The translations under genes and the position numbers were made by a program. 64,000 nt of DNA from Squalus acanthias (Eukaryota). Location of the stretch: positions 19,096,001 through 19,160,000 of the forward strand of contig CM059427.1 of assembly GCA_030390025.1 (NCBI GenBank), given 5' to 3'. The notes under the pieces are model-generated. The model did no database searches. It worked only from the letters and a program-made list of their open reading frames with translations, and was not told where the DNA came from. Positions within the stretch are counted from its first letter, which is position 1; each line of letters begins with the position of its first letter. Shown in pieces: positions 26,427-39,529 of the stretch.

Positions 26427-27015
26427 GGCCCGGAATTTGCAGTCGAAGGCGTACCTCCGGAGTACTGCCGAGACGTTGGGTCCTGGGCCTCCATGCGTAC
26501 GCCTGCTTAAAGACCCACGGATCCCAGGGACACGGGCAGTTCGGAAGCGTCCCTGGGGTCACGTGGGCCAGGTCCTCCAATCAGAAAGGAGGATTCCTAA
26601 TGCGCTTATACATTTACGAACAGAATTCCCATAAGCATATGAGGAATCCTCAAATATTAATGATTTATACAACTGGAATAAAAATAAATGTTCCCATTTT
26701 CAAATTTCATTAAAAGTCCCTTCAATAAAGCGTACAATAAAAATTTAATTTTTTGCAAAATAATTTTAAACATTTTCAACCAGGCCAAAATTTGCATAAA
26801 CTAATTTTAAATGCTTGCATGATTTTTAGTTTTTAATTTAAGATTTATATTAACCCTTACACTGGTGAAAGCAGGCCCTTGACCTGCTTTTACCAGGCGT
26901 AAGGGTTTCGTGGGCGTTGACAGATTGCAAGTTCCGGGTTTTTGCGCGCACGGAATCCTGGAACTTGCGGGGCCTTTTAGCAGGCTTATGACATCGGCAC
27001 CGCAAAATCCGGGCC
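26427..27015 (-). mobile_element. MITE (Harbinger-like)
   Basis: TIR GGCCCGGAATTTGC / GCAAAATCCGGGCC (13/14) with TAT/AAT flanks. Internal GCAAGTTCC...GGAACTTGC inverted repeat; homologous to 22004-22680. Confidence 0.78.
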
Positions 27016-27263
27016 AATCAGTTTAGACCTGTGGCATGATCAGTGCAATTACCTTAATTATTCACCCAAAGCCGACTTGGACCCCTTGCTCTTCTCTACT
27101 GACCACTTTGTACTGCAAGTACTGTTTTGCGACTGGAACCTAATATGGAGCTGTGCAAGTTTCACTCTGGCTCAGCAGCACTGTCACCAGCAAAGTGGAG
27201 CTCTGCGCCCAGATATTTAAAAGCTTCAGTCAACAGTGTCCGAGCACCAGTGATATTTTTAAT

Positions 27264-27463
27264 ACAAAAGCAAAATGCTGTGGATGCTGGAAATCTGAAA
27301 TAAAAACAGAAAATGCTGGAAATACTCAGCAGGTCAGGCAGCATCTGTGGAGAGAGAGACAGAGTTAACGTTTCAGGTCAATGACCTTTCGTCAGAACTG
27401 GAAAAAGTTATGGATATAACAGATTTTAAGCTTAAAATCTGTTACATTTCTAACTTTTTCCAG
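27264..27463 (-). mobile_element. Short Penelope family A insertion with a 33-bp fold-back
   Basis: Reverse complement of the 1310-1440 end plus tail. Palindrome 27398-27463 is centred on AAG|CTT. Flanked by TGATATTTTTAAT / TGAAATTTTTAAT (27251-63, 27464-76). Confidence 0.8.
27363..27399 (-). ncRNA. Minimal type I hammerhead ribozyme (PLE family A)
   Basis: Minus strand AGTT-CTGACGA-A-AGGTC-att-GACCT-GAAA-CGT-T-AACT. Confidence 0.85.
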
Positions 27464-27989
27464 TGAAATTTTTAATGTTGAAGAGCCAACTGTCCTCTCT
27501 GCTCTTCACTAACCTGAAAAGCTGACCATCTGGAATATTTTTTTTTAATTTTAAATTAAGTATGGCCCAATTTAGTTGCAGTTATCCTGAAACTGGTGTG
27601 CAGCTAAAGTGATTCCATGAAATGATTTTTGCACTGCTTGCCAAAGTTTTACATTGTAGTTTGTATATCAATGCAGTATGACTTGACTCGCAAATGCCGG
27701 TTTATTTGGAAGGTTAATTATGATGCCTTTCGCTTCATATCATTGGAAGCAGAATACAGATCTGTGAAATAATTTAAATATTTAACCAGCTATTTAATGG
27801 ATGGAGCTTTTCCCTCAACATTCATATGCAAAGAGAGCCCAATTCAAGTTACGGCTCATCTGAATGGCCAATTAATCTGGGTTTTTTCAAGACTTGGATA
27901 TAGCAAAGTTAAAGATTCCTTCAGATGTTATGTTGGTAAAATAATTCCCTGTGCTGAATTGCCAACATATCTGCCAGCTAATTTAATCA

Positions 27990-28213
27990 TCATCTGTCCT
28001 CCACCTAATCACAGACCATTTTTTTTCTCTCTCCACCCTCTTTTCCCTGGCTCTGTTCATTCATACCAGCTGTTCATGTGCAACGTCAGGTCATTAACTT
28101 CGAGGGTTATCCCTATCTTCATCTCCACAGATGCTTCCTGACCAGCTGAGTGTTTCCAGCATTTTCTGTTTTAATTTCAGATTTCCAGTACCTGCAGTAT
28201 TTTGCTTTTTGTT
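27990..28213 (+). mobile_element. Degenerate Penelope family A 3' end (hammerhead core lost)
   Basis: CTCCACAGATGCTTCCTGACCAGCTGAGTGTTTCCAGCATTTTCTGTTTTAATTTCAGATTTCCAG matches 1385-1438 and 27264-27350. Confidence 0.65.
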
Positions 28214-28601
28214 TTCCAGAATAGTGTTGTATACTGAGTTATGTTAGGGGTATTTTTTGAAAGTGGGCAGTGGGTAGCGAGAGGGAGAAATGACAGGTTC
28301 TGCATACTTCTCAAATGATATTGAACTGTTAAGTATCAACTTCTGTTTTTTGTATTGTTTCCCTGCAGAAAGGAACAATAAATAAGGTGGGGGAGACCGT
28401 GTTTATGGCGAGGTTAGAAATTTCTGAAGTAAGATCTCAGCACTGAGTGCATCGTTATTTTCATGGGGTGTCTCGGCCAATCACCCCCTCCCCTTAAAAA
28501 AAAAAAATACTTTTGACACTTTATTTGGTGAATTATCTAGCAGTTGCACCTATATATGTGTAAATATTCTATGTTCACATATCTTGGATCAGTGTTCGGA
28601 C

Positions 28602-28720
28602 TCTGGGGGAGGGTTTAAACTAATTTGGCATGGGGAGGGGAACCAGGACGTAGCAGCAGAGAGGAGCGACAAGGTGCATAGAAAACTAGGAGGGACAAAC
28701 AGCAACAGAATAAAGAGTAA
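28602..28720 (+). mobile_element. CR1 fragment (end of ORF1 / inter-ORF region)
   Basis: GGGGAGGGTTTAAACTAATTTGGCA...GGACGTAGCAGCAGAGAGGAG is homologous to the reverse complement of 63640-63750. Confidence 0.55.
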
Positions 28721-30915
28721 CAACATAAACAAATAGGAGCAGGAGTAGGCCGTTCGAGCCTGCTCTGCCATTCAATAAGATCATGGCTGAACTTCTACAT
28801 CAACTCCACTTTCCCGCCCTATCCCGATACCCATTGATTCCCGTAGTGCCCAAGAATCTAGCGATCTGAGTCTTGAATATACGGCGACTGAGCCTCCACA
28901 GCCCTTTGGGGTAGAGAATTCCAAAGATTCACCACCCTCTGAGTGAAGAAATTTCTCCCCATCTCAGTACTAAATGGGCGATCTCTCATCATGAGACTAT
29001 GACCACTAGTTCGAGACTCTTCACCCAGGGAAAACAGCCTCTCAGCATCTACCCTGACAAGCCCTCGAAGAATTTTATACGTTTTAATGAGGTCACCCCT
29101 CATTCTTAACTCCAGAGAATATAGGCCCATTCTACTCAATCTCTCCTCATAGGACAACCCTCTCATCCCAGGAATCAATCGAGTGAACCTTCATTGCACT
29201 TCCTCTAAGGGAAGTATATTCTTCTTTAGGTAAGGAGACCAAAAATGTACACAGTACTCCAGGTGTGGTCTCACCAAAGCCCTATATAATTGCAGCAAGA
29301 CTGCTTACTCTTGTACTCCAAATCCCTTGCAATAAAGGCTAACATACCATTTGCTTTACAAATTGCTTGCTGTACCTGCATGTTAACTTTCAGTGATTTG
29401 AGTACAAAGACACCCAAATCCCTCTGAATACCAACATTTACTTGTGTCTCACTTTTAAAAAATATTCTGTTTTCCATTCTTCCAACCAAAGTGGATAATT
29501 TCACATTTCCCCACATTATATTCCATCTGTCACCTCCTTGCCCAATCACTGAACTGGTCTATATCCCTTTGCAACCTCTTTGCATCCTCCTCACAGCCAT
29601 TTTCCCACCTAGCTTTGTATTTTCAGCAAATTTGGATATATTACACTCTGTTCCCTCATCCAAGTCATTGATATAGATTGTAAGTAGCTGAGGCCCAAGC
29701 ACTGATCATTGCGACACTCCACTAGTTATACCCTGCCATCCCAAAAATGACCCGTTTATTCCTCCTCTCTTTCTGTCCATTAACCAATCCTCAATCCATG
29801 CTAATATTTTACCCCAAATCCCATGAGCCCTAATCTTGTGCAACTACCTCTTGTGTGGCATTCTGAAAATCCAGATACACTACATCTATTGGTTCCCCCT
29901 TATCTACCCTGCTAGTTACAACCTCAAAAACTCCAATAGATTTGTTAAACATGATTTCCCTTTCCGAAAACTCTGTTGACTCTGCCTAATCATATTGTGA
30001 TTTTTCCAAGTGCCCTGTTACCACGTCCTTAATAATAGATCTAGCAGTTTCCCTACTACTGATGTCAGGCTAATAGGCCTATATTTCCCTGTTTTCTCTC
30101 TTCCTCCTTTCTTGAACAGTGGGGTTACGTTTGCTACCTTCCAATCAATGGGGACCGTTGTAGAATATAGGGAATTCTGGAAGATCAAAACCAATGCATC
30201 TACCATCTCTGCAGTCACCTCTTTTAAAACCCTAGGGTGTACGCCATCGGGTCCAGGGGATTGGTCAGCTTTTAGTCCCATTTAATTTCTCCAGTACTTT
30301 TTCTTTACGAATAATTATTTTAAGTTCCTCACTCTGATTAGAAATTTCTACTATTTTCTTTGTGTCTTGTACTGTGAAGGCAGATACAAATATTTGTCTA
30401 ACGTCTCTGCCATTTCCTTATTCCCAATTAAAATTTTTCCTGCCTCTGCCTTTAGGGGACCCATGTTTACTTTTGATAATCTCTTCCTTTTTACATACTT
30501 GTAAAAGCTCTTACAATTTTTATTTCTTGCTAGTTTACTCTCGTATTCTATTTTTTCCCTCTTGATCAAATTCTTGGTCATCCTTTGCTGATTTTTAAAA
30601 CCTTCCCAATCCTCAGGCTTGCTGCTCTTTTTGTCAACCTTGTAATCCTCTTCTTTAATCTAATACTACCCTTAACTTTGCTAGTTAGCCTTGGCTATAC
30701 CACTTTTCCAGTGGAGTTTTTATTCCTTAAGGGAATGTATATTCATTGAGAATTATGAATTATTTCTTTAAATGTGTGCCATTGCTTAAGTACCATCATC
30801 TTTTAATCTAATTTCCCAATCTACCTCCGCCAACTCTCCCCATATAGTGCCAAAATTGGATTTGTTTAAATTTAAGACCCGAGTTTTGGACATAATCACA
30901 TCACTCTGAAACTTT
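28721..30915 (-). mobile_element. CR1 LINE, decayed ORF2
   Basis: ORFs 30018..30281 (KADQSPGPDGVHPRVLKE...YRPISLTS) and 28858..29178; CR1 tail at about 28725-28750. Confidence 0.9.
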
Positions 30916-30939
30916 GTTTTTATGTTCTTAATTTCACAT

Positions 30940-32190
30940 TAATAGGAGCAGGAGTAGGCCATTCAGCCCTTCGAGCCTGCTCCGCCATTCAATAAGATCA
31001 TAGCTGATCTTCTATCTCAATTCCACCTTCCCGCACTATCCAGACATCCCTTGATTCCCTTAATATCCAAAAATCTATTGATCTCTGTCTTGAATATATT
31101 CAACGACTGAGCATCCACAGCATTCTGGGGTAGAGAATTCCAAAGATTCACAACCCTTTGAGTGAAGAAATTGCTCCTCATCTCAGTCCGAAATGGCTGA
31201 CCCCTTATCCTGAGACTGACCCCTAGTTCTGGACTCCCCAGGGGAAACATCCTCCCAGCATCTACCCTGTCAAGCACTAAGAATGTTATTTGTTTCAATG
31301 CGATCACATCTCATTTTTTAAATTCTCAGGAATATAGGCCTATTCTACTCGATCTCTCCTCATAGGACAATTCCCCCCATCCCAGGAATCAGTCTGGTGA
31401 ACCTTCATTTCACTTCCTCTAAGGCAAGTATATCCTTCCTTAGGCAAGGAGAGCAAAACAGTGTACAGTATTCCAGGTGCAGTCTCACCAAGGCCCTATA
31501 TAATTGCAGTAAGACTTCTTTACTCTTATACTCCAATCCTTTTGTAATAAAAGCGAACATACCATTTACTTTCCTAATTGCTTGCTACGTGGACCACAAC
31601 AACTGGATCCTCCCTCTCCTCCAAGTTCTTCTCCAGCCAAGAGGAGATTTCCTTAACCTTGGCACGGGCAGGCAACACAGCCTTTGCGACTCCCGGTCGC
31701 AGCTGCAGAGAACAGTATCTATCCCCCTGACTATACTGTCCCCTACCACATTCCGTTTCGCTCCCCCCAGTTGAATGGCCTCCTGTTCCAAGGTGCCGTG
31801 GTCAGTTTGCCCATCCTCCCTGCAGTCTTTGTTCTCATCCACACCGGTACAAGTACCTTGTACCTGTTGGGCAATGGCAAAGGCTGAGGCTCCTCCACCA
31901 CTGCATCTGTGGTCCCCTTACCTGCATGAGTCGCAGTCCCTGACCACGAACCAAATCTAAACCACTACCTAACCTAAGGGGTATGACTCCCTCCTCAGTC
32001 AAAATGTCCAAGTAATTCTCCCCCTTCCTGATGCATCGCAATGTCTGCTCCTCTGATTCCAGCTCAACAACTCTGAGCAGAAGTTCCTTGAGTGCAAACA
32101 CTTACTGCAGATGTGGTTGCTTAGGATCATGCTGCTCTCCACAAACTCGCAGATGCGGCACACCTCCTGCACTCATCTCTATCTAACCTT
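30940..32190 (-). mobile_element. CR1 LINE with a large internal deletion (ORF1 fused to the 3' end)
   Basis: 32190-31587 is ORF1 (KELLLRVVELESE; SGNH esterase VVGDSIVRGID...CCLP), joined at about 31586 to the RT C-terminus and tail (31017..31307). Confidence 0.8.
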
Positions 32191-32509
32191 GTTTTATATA
32201 TTTAATTAATTAAAGTTTAATGTAATCAATTCACTTGGTTTATTTTTAGTTTTTTTAAACTAATTAACTAGCTTAAATTATTAATTTAATAAAGTATTAG
32301 TTATAGGTTCCTAGTTTTAAATACTTACTGCCTCAAGCTTACACAAATGACTACAAGTGTTAAAGGCAAAAAGGAACACCTTCTTCCCCCTCGAATCAAA
32401 TTCTCACCTTCCCACTCTGTTTATGATGCATTGCGTTCATGTTGTGATCTGTGGTTACGCTCTGTGCCTCTTATGTAGAAAAACCAGGAATTGGAGGAAA
32501 AAATCAAAG

Positions 32510-35500
32510 TAGAGTAGCATGGTGCTGGATTGCATGTTTGTTATTGTGAGGTGTGTTACAAATAAGGTTGATGAGCTGCAGGTACAAGTTGCCACATGGG
32601 TTATGGTATTGTGGTTATAACAGAGACCTGGCAGGAATAGGAGCTAAACATTCCTGGCTACAATGTATACAGGAGGGATAGGGAATGAAGAAAGAAAGGA
32701 GGGGGGTTGGCAGTATTGATTAGGATAATATTACAATTCTACAGAGGGGACGATATACTAGAGGGTTCAAAGACTGAATCTATTTGGTTGAAGTTACGTA
32801 ACAGAAAAGGAGCTGTTACATTGCTGGGCGTTTACTATGGACTCCCAAATAGTGAGAAGGAGGTAGAGGAGCAAATCTGTAGGCAAATTTCAAAGAAATG
32901 TATATATAATTAAGCAGCAATAGTAGGGGACTTCAATTACCCTAAAGTAGACTGCGGAGAAAAACATGTTAAGGGCAAAGAGGGTGAAGAATTTTGAAAA
33001 TGTGTACAGGAGAACTTTCTTAATCAATGTTTCTAGCCCAACGAGGAAGGAAGCTGTGCTGGATGTCATTCTAGGGAATTCTGTCGGGCAAGTGAAGTGT
33101 GTTTCAGTGGGAGAACATCTGGGTAATAGTGATAATGTAATTAAGATTAAAGTGGTTATGGAAAGGGACAAAGAAAAATCAATGGTGAAAATACCCAACT
33201 GGAAGAGAACCAATTTCAGTCAGTTGAGAAGGGACAGGTGGACTGGAAGCAAAGATTGGCCAAGAAAACAGTAAATGAACAATGGCAGGCTTTCAAGGCA
33301 GAGATAGTTTGGGTCCAAATCAAGCATATTCACAGAGGAGGAAAGATAGGGCATCCAAAGCTAGAGCTCCCTGGATGACAAAGGAAATCGAGATTAAAAT
33401 AAAACATTAAAAAGGAGGTTTATGACACATGTCAGGTAAATAATACAATAGAAAACCAGGCAGAATACAGAGAGTGCAGGGGGGAATTGAAAAAGAATAT
33501 TATTAAGACAATGAGAATATGAGAAAAGATTAGCGGGTAACGTAAAAGGGAACCCAAAATGTTTTCTAAACATCTAAAAGGATAGAGGAATGGTGGGGCT
33601 GATTAGGGACAAAAAAGGCAACGTCTTGTGGAGGCAGACGGCATGACTGTGGAACTGAATGAGTGCTTTGCATCTGTCGTCACAAAAGAAGAGCAAGAAG
33701 TTAATGTCGCAGTAGAGGAGGAGGGCATAAAGATATTGGATAGGATAAATATAGATAGAAAGGAGGTGCTAAATAGATTTGCATTATTCAAAGTTAACAA
33801 GTCACCTAGTCCAGATGGGATGCATCCGAGGTTGATGAAGGTAAGAATGGAGATAGTAGAAGCTCTGACCAGAATCTTTCAATCCTCTTTGGACATGGGA
33901 GTGGTGCCAGAGGACTGGAGTATTGCAAATGTTATACTGTGGTGGATCGCCACCTAAAACGGGCATAATCCACTCTTCCGTCTGTGGACAAATTTCCAGC
34001 ACCTTCCCCTTTAAGGCACATTACCTTTAAGGCAGAAGGGGGCGGGGCCTCATGTTTTACCCAGAGAATTCTGGGAGTTTTTTTCCAGAGAATTCTGGGA
34101 GCAGCTTTCTCAGCCATTTTTGTGTGCCATGCAGTGAATAAAAGTTTCTTGTTTTCCACATATGGATTCAGCCTCCATTCGTGTTTCGCAGCAGCCTCAA
34201 CAATACCCCTATTCGAAAAAGTGGAGAGTGATAAACCCGACAACTACAGGCCAGTCAGTCTAACATCAACAGTGGGAAAACTATTAGAGACCATTGTCAA
34301 GGACAAAATTGATTCTCACTTGGAGAAGCATGGGTTACTAAGGGACAGCCAATATGGATTTGCTAAAGGCGAATTGTGTCTGACTAACCTGAGTGTGTTC
34401 TTTGAAGTAACAAAGGGTTGATGACAGTAGTACAGTAGATGTATATATGAACTTTGAAAAGGCACTTGATAAAGTACCACATTCGGAAAATAGAAGCACA
34501 TGGGATCAAAGGGATGGCAGTAACTTGGGTACATAATTGGCTGAGGGATAGGAGGCAGAGAGTAGTGGTGAAGGATGATTTTCTGACTGGAGCGAAGTAT
34601 GCAGTGGGGTCCCCCAGTGGTCGGTGTTAGGACCATTGCATTTCTTGTTATATAAAAGTGACCTGCACTTCGGTATAGGAGTGCAATTTTAACGTTTGTG
34701 GTTGATACAAAACTTTGCAATGTTGTAAATAGTGAGCAGGATAATAGACTTAAGGAGGACATAGACTGGTGAAATGGGCAGATGCAATTTAATGCGGTTA
34801 AGTGTGAAGTGATGCACTTTCGGAGGAACAACATGGAGAGGCAGTATAATCTAAATGGTCCTATTTTGAGGGGGGTGCAAGAGCAGAGGGACCTGGGGGT
34901 GCATATTCACAAATCTTTGAAGGTGGCAGGGCAAGTTGATGAGGCGGTTAAGAAAGCGTATGGGATACTTGGCTTTGTAAATAAGGGCATTGAATACAAA
35001 AACAAGGAAGTCATGCTGAACCTTTACAAATCACTGCTCAAGTCTCAGCTGGAATATTGTGTACAATCTGGGCATCACACTTTAGGAAGGATGTCAAGGC
35101 CTTGGCAAGGATAGAGAGGAGGTTTACCAGGATGATGCCCAGGGATGAGGGACTTCAGTTATGTGGAGAGATTGGAGAAGTTGGGATTGTTCTCTCCAGC
35201 GAAGGTGAATAGGAGACCTAATAGAGGTTTTCAAAATTATGATCGGTTTTGATAAAGCAAGCAGGAAGAAACTGTTGCCTCTGGCAAGTCGGTTGATAAC
35301 CAGACGTCACAAATTTAAAATAATTGGCAAAAGAAGTAATGGAGAAATGAGAATTATTTTCACGCAGAGGGTTGTTAAGATCTGGAACGCACGACCTGAA
35401 AGTGTGGTGGAATCAGATTCCATAGGAACTTTCAAAAGGGAATTGGACATGCACTTAAGGAGGACTAATTTACAGAGTGATGGGGGGGAAAAAGCTGGTG

Positions 35501-35590
35501 TGTGGGACTAAATTGGACAGCTCTTTCAAAGAATCAGCACAGGCACAACGGGCCGAATGGCCTCCTCCTGTGCTGTAAAATTCTATTATT
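32510..35590 (+). mobile_element. CR1 LINE ORF2 (APE endonuclease and RT), decayed, interrupted by a solo LTR
   Basis: ESIWLKLRN...GVYYGLPNS, PTRKEAVLDVIL, KSPSPDGMHPR, NYRPVSLTS, QFNAVKCEVMHF; tail at about 35550-35590. Confidence 0.9.
33938..34202 (+). mobile_element. Solo LTR (265 bp)
   Basis: TGTGG...CAACA termini with a 4-bp TSD ATAC (33934-37, 34203-06) splitting the CR1 codons ANVI|PLF. Internal AATAAA at about 34137. Confidence 0.85.
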
Positions 35591-35799
35591 CAAAGAGAAT
35601 ATACTCTAACGCGCCTCACAGAAACAACTACAATGGTAAATCATGTATGATTTCCTAATCTAATTGTAAAATAGTTCAGTTGCACACAGTTAGACATCAA
35701 GGGTTGTAACACAAAATTCAGTTGATGATGACTCTGGAAAACTTTTAAAATCTGTATGTCCAGTAAAAGTTCATCCTGTGGGTCATTTGTGATTTAAGG

Positions 35800-36510
35800 A
35801 AGACAGAAATAGGTTGGCAGATTGGGTGAACAGAAATTAGATGAAATTCAATGTGGAGAAATGCAAGGTGACCCATTTGGGAGAAAAAACAAGGAGAGGA
35901 CATGTACACTAAATAGCAAAACGTTAAAAGGAGAGGAACAGAAAGACGTAGGGGTTCAGATTCACACATCTTTAAACGTGGGAGGACAAGTTGATAAGGA
36001 TTTTAAAATGGGATCCAAGGTTTTCTAAATAGGGATATACAAAAGCAAAAACAAATCTTTGATTAGAACACAATGAGAATATTGCATCTCATTCTTGGTG
36101 CCCTACTTTAGGAAGGATGTTAAGACTGTGGAGAGTGTACAGAAGAGATTTATAAAGGTGATACGAGGGATGAGAGACTTTAGTGATGAGGAAAGACTAG
36201 AGATAGTGGAGCTCTGTTGACGAGAACAAAGAATGTTAAAAGTAGATCTAATAGAGGTTTTGATAAGGTAAAAAGGAAGAAACAATTTCCAGTGGTCGAT
36301 GGGTTAGTTACTAGAGGGCATCAATTTTATATCAGAATTGGAAAATGGAGAAGTTAGTAGAAATGTATTTTTTATGCTGTTAGCAGGACATGGAATGCCC
36401 AACCAAAAACAATGGTGGAAGTCTAATTCACAATTGCTTTTCTAAAAAAAGAGCTGGTACCGTGTGATTGGCCAAATGGTGGCATCCTGTGCTGTAAAGG
36501 TCTATCATTT
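35800..36510 (+). mobile_element. Older CR1 3' fragment
   Basis: ATGAAATTCAATGTGGAGAAATGC, CCCTACTTTAGGAAGGATG, tail CCTGTGCTGTAAAGGTCTAT. Confidence 0.75.
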
Positions 36511-37299
36511 TATTGCAAATGTTCCTTCCAAAGCAGCTGTGATGCTATCAATAATTTGCTTAAGTTAATCTCTTAATCTAGTGCTTGTTCACTGCTGAGT
36601 TAATGCTGCCCAATCTGTTTCTCCCTTTATGACTAAAAATTAATTTTTTAAACTAGGCCATTTAGGGGGAGAAAGGCAATTGTATTTTGCAACAGTTGTA
36701 CAAGTCAAGCACTGCAAACAAAAATATAATCTATGAATGATGGTATACCCATTTCAAATATTCCAAGGAGGAATCATTTTTGCAATATTAAATTTTTATG
36801 TTCACATTATTGTCCAAGTTAAATTTGGTATAAATAACAATCATATCTTAGCGTACTGAACCTCTTTATTTTGTTCACAAAGTTTGGATATGTTATGCTA
36901 CAGGCTAAAGATTGGGAAAACCACAAAGTATATTAACTTGCAGTATGCACAATAAACCTAGTCCCTTTTGATTATATTTATCAAGATCATTCTTCTAGAG
37001 TGTTGGGTGTCCTATTGCTACTTCAATTACTAAACATATAAAAAATATCAGTGGTACAAAGTTAAACTTTTAAGACTTCAGTAAGCAAAGTATGGAATGC
37101 ACAACTGTGATTTTACAGCCAAACAAATAGTTAATTGTCCAAGTCTTCTGCAATACACAGCAGCAGATAATGACATAACTAAGACACAATTTTACGGGCA
37201 ATATTGCCACACCCCTCCAAGTCTGCCACTGGGAAGGTTAGCAGATTCACAAAAATTATTCTGCTTCTGCTTCTTAATTTGGCCTAAGTAGACTTGAAC

Positions 37300-37770
37300 C
37301 AAAGATACTGATGAACGCTTTGTCATCGCCCAACCCAACATTTCCAGTGCCCTCCTCACTGGCCCCCAAAACTCCACTCTGCACATACTCCAATGTGTTC
37401 ACTGATCCACCACATGCTTCCAATCGCACTCATAAATCACCCCTATCCCTGCCGACTTCATTGGCTCTCCATACCCTAGTGTACAAACTTCAAAATCTGC
37501 ATCTTCAAATCCTTTGATGGCCTTGCCACCATGCCCCATCCAACTTTAAAGCCAGCTTGAGCCCTATATCTTTATCTGCACCCTTCATTCTTCCAACATT
37601 GATCTATTGTCCCTTTTCTTCTCTTTGTTCTGCTACCCAGGGGTACATGCTTTAGCCATCTTGGCCCCACACTCAAACTCCCTCCCCAAACCCCTTTTAT
37701 CTTTCTACATTTCTTTCTATCTTTAAAATCCTCCGTAAAACTTTATTCTTTGCCTGTGACTAAAGCCATC
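37300..37770 (+). mobile_element. Old L2 3' fragment
   Basis: GCTTTGTCATC...ATCACCCTATCCCTGCCGACTTCATTGGCTC is similar to 25570-25990. Confidence 0.55.
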
Positions 37771-39529
37771 TATCCTAACTCCCTACCCATCCTACTCCTT
37801 CTTGAATCTGACCTCCAACTTTGAAAGTAATAGAAAATTTGTCTCTTGGTACCCCAGTAAATCTTAAATTTTTGTCCTTCCAGTGTACTTTAATTTGTTT
37901 CCCCCAAAATCTTACATTTTAAAATGTCTTTATGCAGTAGTTACATATTATACTATGCAGTGTTTTTTTTTGTACTCATACAATCATTGTTGAATTCCAT
38001 AAAGTTCATATAGATTTAGTTTATATGCTAAGTAGGGTACAACTTGTATTTTGAGAGTTTGGAGTTGTTTACTCTCTTGCTTTTATTTTCTAATTGAGAA
38101 GCTGAAGGGAGTCACTCCGTTTAGTATCAATCTTTTCCGAGCAATAATCTGGTATGAGAAGCCATATTGACAGAAACTTGCTGTGTTCCAACTATACTGA
38201 AAGTAATATAGCAGGGTAAATCAACAATGTGTAAATTGCAAGAATCCGCTGAGGACTGTGTCCAGAAGGAGACTCAGCAGGAACTGATTTGGTTCCAACT
38301 ATCTTCCCAAATGGATGTGTTTTCCACCTTTTTAATACTTCTTACCAGAAGAAGCAACTGACAGTCCTAAAAATAAACTGTAATGTTACAGCATTCTTGC
38401 ACTGATCTTTCCTTTTATTCAATTATCTACCTTCGTAATCTTCTTTCTATTTGTTTTCAACTTTTTTCTATTTCAAGACCAACTCCGAGCGCATCAATCC
38501 AAACCCAGAAAAGCCACTGCTTGATATCCATTTTTTACACAGCATCTTTGCTCAAAGGAACTATGGTAGAGAAATATATTTGTAAATGCAGATCCACATA
38601 ACAAATGTTATTAAAGGTAGGTAATGTGGATCTTGAGCCAACAGAGGGTATTGCAAAAATGATCGTGCTTTCCTGTCGCATTCCTCATAGACAAAATTAA
38701 AATGTCTCTCCATTTAACTATCTCTTTGCTTGTTTCCCACTCATTATTTTTCTTTTCCTCTCTGTACTCTACTTTTTCTTTTTTTCATTGCCTCTCTCTC
38801 TCTGCCAGAGTCTGTCTCACTTTATGCAAGTCTTTCCTTTCTCTATCTCTTTCTTCATGACTTCAACTTTCTTTCTCTCTGCACGTTATTTCTCACTACA
38901 CATTATTCTGGATGTCTCCCATGCTGTAACCATCTCTCTCATCTCTTTCCTTTCACTTCCTGCAGAGACCTAGAGGCAGATTTTAGACTCTGACCTTAAT
39001 AATTACAGACATTATTTTGTTTCTCCCTGGATTGGAAGCCACAACTCTCGTGGGCATCGATGCAACCTTGGCACGTCCTTTGGAATATTTTGATAACAAC
39101 GAAAATATGTAATCAATTTATACACCAGGAAGTCGAGCTCATCTCAAGAGGCATCTCCTGATCCCATTTCCAACACTGCCTGATTTATCTGTTTATTCAC
39201 TACTTTTTCCTTAAAAAGTTGTCAGGCAAAAGGCTGGGGGAGAGCTGAAGTCGAACCCAATTATGATAACCTCTCTCCTGAAGAACTCCAAAGTGATTTG
39301 CAACATCCAACAATTTAAAAGCAATTGGTGGTGCTTACCCACTTGGGTGAGAAAGAAGTTGGCAGCCTGCTGCTGGGAGACGATGGGATGATATGAGGGA
39401 ATGAGGTATGGAAGCCAAGTGGAGCATCAGATTATGGGACCAAGATGGTGGCCAATAAATATTTCATGTATCCAGTCCATCCTATGCACATGCTTGGAAA
39501 GATAAAATTTCCATTTACATCATGCTGCA

